Shown here: in pieces, positions 54,400 through 64,000 of the stretch | Position numbering within the stretch: the stretch's first letter is position 1 | How the letters are laid out: the number at the start of each line of letters is the position of its first letter | Source of the DNA: Isurus oxyrinchus | Lineage: Eukaryota | Assembly: GCA_026770705.1 (NCBI GenBank) | Contig: JANJGN010000047.1 | Location: forward strand, 2,914,001 to 2,978,000 | Reading direction: 5' to 3' | DNA: 64,000 nucleotides | Program-made: the position numbers and the translations under genes | The notes under the pieces: model-generated | The model's input: only the letters and a program-made list of their open reading frames with translations | Database searches by the model: none | Told to the model about the DNA's origin: nothing

Positions 54400-56030
54400 C
54401 TAGGGTAAGAGGGCATGACTTTGGAAAATTAGATTAGGAGCGACAACAATTCATTTAAAAAGAAAGTTAAAAAAAAATCTTTCCAAAAAAATCATGGGTC
54501 AGAACAATTTGCATCCATTAATTACGGAAAAAAAATAAGATAGCAGAGGCACATTTACAGTGATCAAACAATTCATTTCAAGCGGTGGTAGTGCCACGAT
54601 CCTGGCAGGTAACTAAAATTAAATGTGCAATTAAATATGGAGAAGTAAAATGTCCAGGGACAAAAGATCCTTTGCCTGAACGTTGGTAGGAGAAAAACTT
54701 ATTCAATTGATACAAAGGAGGAAAAGGGTACAAATTAGCATCAAACGACTAAACTAGCAGCCAGAAAACACTCGATAATGGGAACTGTCACTTTATGAAC
54801 GTCAGCAAAATGTTCAAAAATGTAACAGCATAGATAAGGTTAGCAGTGAGGACATACATTCTGTGGATATGAAAAATAATTTTTGGAACTGTGCCCTTAA
54901 CATACCGATGGATAATACAAGTGCTTACATCTCAGCTATTGCCCAGTGGGTGTCAAATTTGCTTCTCATTCAATATCTTCTGGCATCCAGTTCCACTCCA
55001 GTACTTGCTCAGAAATATCAAGGAGACACTGTGGTGCAGAAATGAGCAGCTGATGCGCTCTTGGCAGTGTTCTCTTTCAGAGTCATTGTTTAAGTGGTGA
55101 CCAAAATATCTTCTCCTGGAGAATTTAGACATGCCCTTGGTATACTGACAAATATGTATATCTTGAACAAAATCACAAAGTCAGATTATCTGCTAATTAG
55201 TACATTGCTGTGGTTGCCCGTGGAAAGAATTTTTGTTTACAAATTGTCTGCCACCTGTCCCATATTTCAATAGTGACGATACGTCACAAGTGTCCATTAG
55301 CTGCAAACAGCTTTGGACATATGGTGATCAGGAAAAGCACTGTTTGCTCTTATTCATTACATTTACATGGAGTCAAGTGACACCTATGGGAATGAGTAGC
55401 CTGCTGCCTGCAAGACAAGAAACAGAGTGTTATACAAGGTAGTTATGTAGGGGGAGGAAAGTGGGAATGGGTATTTAAAACGCATCGCTGCTGGGATTAC
55501 TGTTGTTATAAATTAATCTGAATGATTTAGATTTTGGATGAAAACGATATATTTTTCTAAATTTATCTAGTGACCAAATTGTGGTGGGCTGGGGGCAGTG
55601 AAAGCATTTTAAAAACAGACATTAATAAATTTCCGACAAAGAACATACGATTGGCAAATGAATCTCTACATAATAATTATGGGGAATTTCAATCTAGTAT
55701 AAAAAGTAAGAATTAATTTTCGATCTGTAACAATGAATCGGAATTAAATAATAAAATCGTTGAATGCAGGAGTTCAGGGAAACGAATAAAGAAAGAAAAT
55801 CGAACCAGAATGATCAGGCTGTAAAAAACCAAAGCAAACACTAATTTATTCCTGGATATTTGTCCTTGAATAACAATATTACTCTGTTGAACCTCGATCG
55901 AACATTAGTTCGAGGGAATTTGGAATATAATTTAGGGTTCTGACCAGCATATTATTATAAAATATAGAGCAGTAGATGATGAGGCTCGCAGCACTTTACA
56001 AGAACGAAAACCGTGTTATGAGCAAAAGGA
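54400..56030 (+). mobile_element. Highly degenerate CR1 RT remnants
   Basis: Remnants such as ggtcagaacaatttgcatcc, tagtgccacgatcctggcaggtaactaa and aattaatctgaatgatttagat (INDLD). Confidence 0.45.
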
Positions 56031-56287
56031 ATCCAAAAATGCTGAAAATAAGGATCACAAAATTCTTGGTCTCTTTTTGGTTCCATTGCCCATGAGTTCC
56101 TTTCTCCTCCGTCAAATGGTGCGGAATTAATGTCTCTGAAAATGAAAGGGAAGGGGAGTTTTGGGCAGGGGAGTATTTATTGTAACCTCTACTCCAAAGG
56201 TCTGAACACTTGTTTACCGTGTGGAGACTATAATGATATAAACATTTGCTCCAAGAACCAAATTATTTTGTCCCCTTTCTTTAACAG

Positions 56288-56398
56288 TTTCTGCTTCCAT
56301 TGTTTCGCTCAATGATATGGAATATTACACCAGCCACATTTTGGATTTCAAAAGTCTTGGATCGCAAACTCCTGACGAGAACTCATCCAGTATTCAGG
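56288..56398 (+). CDS. Cytoplasmic exon 2 VSASIVSLNDMEYYTSHILDFKSLGSQTPDENSSSIQ
   Basis: Strong pyrimidine tract with taacag| acceptor and cagg|gtgggt donor, 111 nt, open frame. Confidence 0.7.
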
Positions 56399-56931
56399 GT
56401 GGGTAAAGTTTTACTTCCGACCGTCTCGTTTTCATCCTTCGCACTCAGTAATATCAACAATCGAATGTGAAGTATTAACAAGAACAAAAACACCATTAAG
56501 TTGCACGGACGATGATATCAGCTACTACAGTGACTTTAGATAAAAGCGCTTCTGAAATACTTTCAGGCTGATACAATATCATATCAAAATCATGTGATTG
56601 TACTCAATAATACAAAGGAGTGAAATGCTTCAACTTACAGTACATATCATATTATTAGTTTCATCACAAGGCCCAGTAACCTGCGAAATGTGAAATGCGC
56701 ATGCAGGCTGTCGAGATCATTGGGTCAGTGAGACACGTGACATCAAAACATAAAATAATAATACTGTGACGCAAAATGTTCCAAAAATTATCCACACATT
56801 AAACGCCCTCCCCTGTTAGTGCAACAGAACCACTGTTCTCTCCTCGGAATGTTTTGTTGACAGGTCTCAATGTTATTCCAACTCTTCATTGTTAGCAATT
56901 AATCTCAATGAAAGTCGTTTGTTTCTCCCAG

Positions 56932-57057
56932 CTTTCTGTGATTACGACGATGCTGAGACTACAGACAATGATTCTAAGGGCGATCACTTGCTGCTGGACC
57001 GTGTTCATGATGATTTCGTCACACGGGAAAATACCGGCGGTGATATTTTAACTCTGG
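56932..57057 (+). CDS. Cytoplasmic exon 3 AFCDYDDAETTDNDSKGDHLLLDRVHDDFVTRENTGGDILTL
   Basis: ttctcccag| acceptor and ctgg|gtgaga donor, 126 nt. Contains an acidic DYDDA motif. Confidence 0.75.
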
Positions 57058-57134
57058 GTGAGACAGGGATTTATTTATCTTCTCAGACTGTCTCTCTGTA
57101 TTGTTGGTGACTTTCTTATTCTCTGCTAATATCG

Positions 57135-57400
57135 GTTCTGAAATGACTGATAGTCCATTGGATGAACTGCGGAGTCTCTCACTAACGGCACATGCGCTGC
57201 TTGAATGGTTGGGTAGACAGGTTGTCCGAACTGTTGTGCGCTCCATCCATCATCTCGACTTAGTTTATGCACGTTTGTGTTTGCTGGATTGCGGCCAACC
57301 GCGTTCTCAGATAAGTCGCGGGGTTAGCTGACTGTCTTCAGGGATGCGTTGGAAACATCCCTGAATTGTTTTTCCTCCTCCTTCTGGGAGAAATCTGCCT
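57135..57400 (-). mobile_element. Probable RTE-type LINE 3' fragment
   Basis: Minus strand resembles the RTE C-terminus (GRxxPxGxxKxFRDVxxASLK...GLSVIS). Confidence 0.45.
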
Positions 57401-57569
57401 CCTGCACCTCCCGCCACTGACTTCAGAGTAGATGATTTCTTGTGATTATTCCTTCCATCACCTGCTCACATTTGCGGTTTGAACTGGATCTCTTTAAAAG
57501 TCCATTCATATTGGCGATTGAACAAGGCATTGTTAGGAGTATGCTCCTCTTGAGCTGATACCACTTATT

Positions 57570-58900
57570 TCTTGAATTTGTTGGATATGGGCGACACTGG
57601 CTTGGCCAGAATTTATTGCCCGAACACAATTGTCTTTGCAAAGGTGGTGGTGAGCTGCATTCTTGTAGCTTTGTAGCCCCTCTATTGTAAGTACCCGCGC
57701 AAAGCTGTTGAACACAGGTTTCCAGCATTCTGAGCCAGTGACACTGAATTAAAGGCAATAAATTTCCAAGTCAGAAAGGCTTGTGGCTTGGAGGGACATT
57801 CCAAATGTCGGTGATCTCATGTATGCTATTCCCGTGTCCCACTAAATGGCCCTGGTCCGGCGCTCAGATGGTGCTGCCACAGGGGAGTTAGTGAGATTCT
57901 GCAGTACCTCCTACAGATGGTGCACATTGATGCTACTGTTCTTCGATGTGATGGGAGTGAATGTTTGTGAAAGGGATAGCAATCAAGCAGAGTTCCTAGT
58001 TCCGTATGTTGATGAGCTTCTTGGGTGTTGTTAGTCGTGCAATCGTCCACTCAAGTGAAGAGTTTGCCATTAGGCTCCTGACTTGTGCCTTGTCGACTAT
58101 GTACAGGTTCTGTGGAGTCAGGAGTTGAACTGCTCACCTCAGGGTTCCGAGAATCTGACATGCTCTTGTAGTCAAAGTGTTTACCTGGCTATTCCAGTTC
58201 AATTGATGGTCAATTGTAAGCACCACGATTTTGATAGCGGGGGATTCAGAGATGACCATGTCATTAAATGTCAAGGTTAGATTCTCCCTTATGGGAGATG
58301 GTAATTGTCTGGCACCTTTGTGGAGTGAATGTTACTTGTCACATGTCAGCACAAGAGTGGATATTTTCAAAATTGTGCTGCATTTAGTCAAGGACAATTT
58401 CAGAACCTGAGCTGTTGTGAACGGTGATGATGACGGTGCAATCAATAGCGAACATTCCCTATTCTCACCTTCTGATGAAAGGAAGGTCATTCATGAAGCA
58501 GCTGAAGATGACTGGGCCGAGGGCACTAATCCGAGGAACTCCTGCAGTGGTGCCCTATAACTGAGATCCATGGCCTCCAAAAGCCACAGCTATTTTCTTG
58601 TGTGGTATATGTTACTCCAAGCAACGGCAAGTTTTTTTTTCATTCCCTTGGATCCCAAAGACTCCAGTTTCACTCGGGCTACTTGAAGCCGCGCTGCGGT
58701 CACATAACGCCCTGATGTCAAAGGCAGTCACTGACCACTCACCTTGGCAGTTCAGGTTTGTTGTCCATGTTTGAGCCAAGGCCGAAAATAATAATGAACC
58801 CATACTGATCGACACTGAGCAGGAGATTGCTAAGCATGAGTCTCTTCTGATTTTACTGATGATGGAGAGTAGACTGATTGGGATCGGGTTGGCTTTAGTC
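57570..58900 (-). mobile_element. Decayed LINE fragment, same family as 51345-52480
   Basis: atttattgcccgaacacaattgtctttgcaaaggtggtggtgagctg 3' end. RT remnants include ALDIxAxF-like (~58710) and PISLLSIISKI. Confidence 0.65.
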
Positions 58901-59656
58901 ATTGATAAACTTAATGCTGTTTGCTGTGATTTTCTCATTTGTTCAGACCCCAAGCAGGAATACGTCGAGTGCTCAACATGAAACATCAGGCTTTGCAGGA
59001 CGTCGTCTGTTGCCTCCCAGCAGCACAACACAGCCCGGGCAAAAATAAACATCATTTCTCTTTCACTCATAAATAAATAAATTCTAACTTCTTTATGGTG
59101 CTGTCCCACACCCACACACATGCTTACTCGCTTGTGCACAAACACACCATGCACCTGAAATGCGCCCGCTCTCAGCCCATTATTAACCAATAATATGTTC
59201 ATCCTAAGTGCTTAACACTCAGGTTATTTTTGATTACGCCTTATCGGTTCCTCCCATTCCTGATATGTATGACAATGTCCTCTGTGAAACATTCAAAAAC
59301 CCGCCCAATCTGTCCCCAGAAAGCAGTGAGGGTAAACTTTACAACATATGCATTAAACTGGGAAAGTAATGCTTTATTACCGGCTACAAGCTTGTTCCGC
59401 ATAGTTAGGGACTATGAAGCCCTCTCTGGTCTTTACCATATCATTACATGGAGTTGTTCCGATGCTGTTAATGATGCGGAAATTATCAATGATAATTTGC
59501 TGTTTTTTATTTTCAATTCAATAAACAACAAAAAAAAAACTATTTGATTTGGAAATAGTCCGAAGAATAAAATGAATGCATCGCTTTCATTTAGATGATG
59601 GCGGAAATAGTTGCAACCCTCTCTCTAAAGCAATATTATTTTAACCCATCTTTCAG

Positions 59657-59706
59657 GTAAAATACATCGACAAATCGAGGATCCGACGTCCCACGCATGT
59701 GACTAA
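59657..59706 (+). CDS. Terminal coding exon GKIHRQIEDPTSHACD*
   Basis: atctttcag| acceptor, in-frame TAA at 59704-59706, followed by AATAAA. Confidence 0.55.
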
Positions 59707-59741
59707 CTGTGTGATATCTGAGGGAACGACCTTAAGTTTTC

Positions 59742-59747
59742 AATAAA
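59742..59747 (+). terminator. Candidate polyadenylation signal AATAAA
   Basis: 35 nt downstream of the predicted stop codon. Confidence 0.35.
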
Positions 59748-60769
59748 TATATCCATCTGGAAGATGCTTAACTTTCCGACATAAACATGTTTTGAGAAAA
59801 AAAAAAGCAAATGTTACCTTGTGTGGAGACATCTAGATTCGTTTCTTAAATCTATAAATTATCTTAAAAAGTATAAATACTGCCTAATCAGAATTGTAGG
59901 ACAAAGGATTTTTTTCGAGCATTTTCATGTATATAATTAAACTGTAGCACACTCCGCTGTATCGACAATACAACCCATCAAGAGAATTGAAGAACCGATG
60001 ACTATCATTAAAAGTTATTTTCAGCTCCATTTTGTAATAGTTTTTTTTTTCCAAATGCCTTACAAATGAAGGGTTGGAACAGGGAAATAAATGGAATATT
60101 TGTTTTACCTCCATTTAGTGTACTTTCTCTCTAGACTGCCACATACGTGGGACACAGAGAGCTGCATTCTCATAGCAGCTCAAAACAGCACGATGTTGCT
60201 TGACAGCACAATATCTAACTGTCGGGTTATCGAGTCTGGAGGGAGGAAAACATTCAGAATTCAATATGTCTCCAATACTTTACTATTATAACATAACTGC
60301 TCAGTTGTCCATCAGTGGAGCTCAGATCTAACTGACTCAGGAGAAATAATTCACCGTGCACTATCCCCTAGCAGCTCTTATTTTAGTTCCATGAGGTTGG
60401 CTATTGTATCAGGCATGACCACATGCAGAGGGCCACCATTATAACAAATACAGCACAAAATAGAGACAAAATGTTCAAGTAATGACATAACATAGACTGT
60501 TAGAGAAACAGTACTCATGTTTTCTGTCTGTGAAAGGGTCATGGGCCGGATTGATTAAATAAACCCTCAGCTCTAGCACTCTGTGTTCTGTCCCTATGAA
60601 CTTGCTGTGCTATGTACGCTCAGGGCAAAAATTCTTCCTTCTCTGAAAGGCTGGTGGAAACATAATCGCGCTTAATGTTTGTTGCCAATCTTCCAGCTGG
60701 TGGAACCGAATCATCAGCTGTTTGGAATTTTGTCCTGTCTTCACCTGTAGCGAGACACCAACAGTTGAC

Positions 60770-61340
60770 ATCAAGCCATCCTTCCCCAGACACTCTCGGG
60801 ACACCATGGATGCTGGAGTTATGCACACAGGAAACTACTTCCCCCTCACGCCACAGTCTACTCGAGCATATTCTACATCCTTCTGAATTCCCATAACACT
60901 CAAGACACTCAAGAACATCCAGTACAAAGTCGCCTGCTTGACTGCTGCACCACCCGCCATCTACGGCCTTAAATAAATCATTCCCTCTCCCTTTGACAAT
61001 GGTAGCAGTGTGTACCATTTCAAAGATACACTGCAAATACTGCGTAAAATTATTTTGGCAAAACTTCCACACACACGAGATCTCCTACATAGAAGGACAA
61101 GGGCAGCAGGCGCATGGAAGCGATGCTACCTGCAATTTCCCATCCAAGTCTCACACACCGTATGGACTTGGAAGTATATTTTCGTTCTTTTACTGCCGAT
61201 GCACAAAATTCCTGGAAATCCCACTGAACCGCACAGAGAATGTATCTACACCACAGGAATTTGGCTCCCATCATAAATATCAGGGCAATTGGCAATGGGC
61301 AGGATATAGTGGCCTAGCAAGTGATGCAACATCACGCAAA
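60770..61340 (+). mobile_element. Decayed LINE 3' fragment (same second family, sense orientation)
   Basis: aagacactcaagaacatccagtacaaagtcgcctgcttg, VAVCTISKIHC, ending in cagggcaattggcaatgggca. Confidence 0.6.
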
Positions 61341-62550
61341 TTCCTTTATAAAAATGGTGTAGCTGTCTGACACATCATTCTCACTTCTTGCTATCACTAA
61401 TATTTTGAAAGTCATTTACAATTCTCTTCAGACAATACGCAACATGCTTAACCATTTCTAGTATCCTGGCCTTCACTAATTCTGCTTCACAATGGACATC
61501 CATTTCCCCTACAACAACTAGGACATAGCACTACATCTGTATCACCGTTCCTTCCATGTTGTTGGTTTAGGGTCCTGGAATTCCCTTCCTTACAACTCTA
61601 TAATTAAAGGGCAATTAGGAATCAGCAACAAAATCTGAATTTACCACCACTCCCGCATACCACAAAAGAATAAAAACGTGATGCATCCTTCCCTCAGCAG
61701 AACAGCCAATCCCCATAGAACTCTATCTTCACCAGGTTTCCCAATCCCTCTAAGCCTCATGCATCACGACAACAATCAGTCCCCCTGCAAATCCATTCAT
61801 CAGCAGGGCATCCAGTTCTTCTACACACACATACCTCAGCAATACAATTAGTCCCTCTGAATATATGTTGTTCAAGAAGACATCCAGTTTCACTATGCCA
61901 ACATCCCTCACAATGACATTCAGTCCTTCTTTAACTCCATCAGTCGCCACATCTTGTAGTCCCTCTGCATAACATTCCCTCAATGGATATCTTGTTCCTC
62001 TTCACCTAAATGCCGCATCCACATCTACATTCCTCTCTAGGGCACACAATCTTTCCACCTTTCCATGCCTCACGAGGAAATTCAATCCCTCTCCACCTTC
62101 GTCTACCAACAAGGTATTCATAACCTCTACCCCTTCATCTTCACCAGGAAAAGCAATCTCTCTTCACCTCCATCCCGCAGTATGACTGGCAGTCACTCCT
62201 CACCTGCATCCATCACAGTGCATGCAGTTATCCTGCGCATCGGACACTCAACAGCATACATTTTCCCTCTACACATTCATCCCTCAGCCTGGCACATAGT
62301 AAGACTGCATTCCCATTACTCAGCCAGACATCCAGCTTGTCCAGGCCACCTCACTCACCCCTGGCATCCGGTACCTCTACACATCTCCCTCCGCGGGCAT
62401 CCAGTCCTTCTACACTTTCATCCATCACCAGTGAGGTTAAGTGACTATGAGTTGAAAATAAAGAAAACTGCGGATGCTGGAAATCTAAAACAAAAACAGA
62501 ATTACCTGGAAAAACTCAGTAGGTCTGGCAGCATTGGCGGAGAAGAAAAG

Positions 62551-62589
62551 AGTTGACGTTTCGAGTCCTCATGACCCTTCGACAGAACT
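62551..62589 (-). ncRNA. Minimal hammerhead ribozyme motif (CUGUCGA core)
   Basis: Exact reverse complement of the motif at 23883-23921. Confidence 0.62.
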
Positions 62590-63208
62590 TGATTTCGAGT
62601 CCAGGAAAGAGTTGAAATATAAGCTGGTTTAAGGTGTGTGGGGGGGGGGGGGGGGGGGGGGGGGGGAAGGAGAGAGAGAGAGAGACAGAGGTGCTTGTGT
62701 AGACAAACAAGCAGTGATAGAAGCAGATCATCAAAAGATGTCAGTAACAATGGTGCAAAAGAAAACATAGGTGTTAAAGTTAAAGTTGGTGATATTATCT
62801 AAACGAATGTGCTAATTAAGAATGGATGGTAGGGCACTCAAGGTACAGCTCTAGTGGGGGTGGGGGGAGCATAAAGGATTTTAAAATATTTAAAAATAAT
62901 GGAAATAGGTGGGAAAAGAAGAATCTATAAAATTTATAGGGAAAAAAAAGGGGGAAAAAAGGGGGAAACAGAAAGGGGGTGGGGATGGGGGAGGGAGCTC
63001 ACGACCTAAAGTTATTGAATTCAATATTCAGACCGGAAGGCTGTAAGGTGCCTAGTCGGAAGATGAGGTGTTGTTCCTCCAGTTTGCGTTGGGCTTCACT
63101 GGAACAATGCAGTAAGCCAAGGACAGACATGTGGGCAAGAGAGCAGGGTGGAGTGTTAAAATGGCAAGCCACAGGGAGGTTTGGGTCATTCTTGCGGACA
63201 GACCGCAT

Positions 63209-64000
63209 GTCTGGCGCACTGACCTCTACCTCGCGGAGGCTGAGCGTCAACTCGCAGACACTTCCTCCTACCTCTCCCTGGACCATGACCCCACCACTGA
63301 ACATCAAGCCATTGTTTCCAGGACTGTCACTGACCTCATCTCCTCTGGGGATCTCCCTCCCACAGCTTCCAACCTGATAGTCGCCCAACCTCGGACGGCC
63401 CGCTTCTATCTCCTACCCAAAATCCACAAACAGAACTGCCCTGGTAGACCGATCGTCTCAGCTTGCTCCTGCCCCACAGAACTCATTTCTCGTTATCTTG
63501 ACTCCCTTCTCTCTCCCCTTGTCCAGTCCCTTCCCACCTACATCCGTGATTCCTCTGACACCTTACGTCACATCAACAATTTCCAGTTCCCTGGCTCCAA
63601 CCGCTTCCTCTTCACCATGGACGTCCAATCCCTCTACACCTCCATCCCCCACCAGGATGGTCTGAGGGCCCTTAGCTTCTTCCTCGAACAGAGGCCCGAA
63701 CAATCCCCATCCACCACTACTCTCCTCCGTCTGGCTGAACTTGTTCTCACGTTGAACAATTTCTCCTTCAACTCCTCTCACTTTCTCCAAATAAAAGGTG
63801 TGGCTATGGGTACCCGCATGGGCCCCAGCTATGCCTGTCTCTTTATGGGATATGTGGAACATTCCTTGTTGCAGTCCTACCCCGGCCCCCTTCCACAACT
63901 TTTTCTCCGGTACATCGATGATTACTTCGGTGCTGCTTCATGCTCTCGTCGGGACTTGGAAAAATTTATTAATTTTGCTTCCAATCTCCACCCCTCCATC
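63209..64000 (+). CDS. PLE reverse transcriptase, partial open frame (5'-truncated, runs off the window)
   Basis: 264 codons without a stop: VWRTDLYLAEAERQLADTSSY...YLLPKIHK...GVAMG...RYIDD. Confidence 0.8.

Larger units (their letters stand above)
30391..59706 (+). other. Gene span: group-B SRCR type I membrane receptor, CD163/WC1-like (15 coding exons, ~947 aa)
   Basis: The exons listed below join in one open frame of 2844 nt including the stop. All introns are GT-AG and phase 1. Confidence 0.88.
62452..64000. mobile_element. Young PLE, same family as 21465-24022: inverted partial copy joined to a sense RT copy that runs off the window
   Basis: pLTR with tail and the GIY-YIG C-terminus on the minus strand up to 63207, then an abrupt switch at 63208 to plus-strand RT. 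Confidence 0.92.

Noticed and set aside
58612-59202. 196-aa minus-strand ORF
   Set aside because: Chimeric read-through into a decayed LINE RT (PISLLSIISKI), with no exon structure.

Overview
Eukaryotic, AT-rich, repeat-dense vertebrate genomic DNA. The repeat content and GPR139-like relics point to a cartilaginous fish (inferred). One apparently intact gene can be assembled by hand on the + strand from 30391 to 59706. It has 15 coding exons, all introns GT-AG and phase 1, and encodes a ~947-aa type I membrane group-B SRCR receptor (CD163/WC1-like): signal peptide, 7 SRCR domains, short stalk, a TM helix containing GxxxG plus Cys-Glu, and a ~140-aa tail with YEEI/YDDA motifs. Upstream are a near full-length disrupted CR1 LINE, a decayed Gypsy gag-protease, GPR139-like pseudogene fragments and nested Penelope-like elements (PLEs). 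Three insertions of one young PLE family carry five minimal hammerhead-ribozyme motifs with a non-canonical CUGUCGA core. One of these is a 366-bp, TSD-flanked mini-element with two ribozyme arms around a captured CR1 fragment, lying ~300 bp upstream of the SRCR start codon. Most short ORFs in the supplied track are repeat shadows. No rRNA, tRNA or CRISPR was seen. Boundaries of old repeats are approximate.
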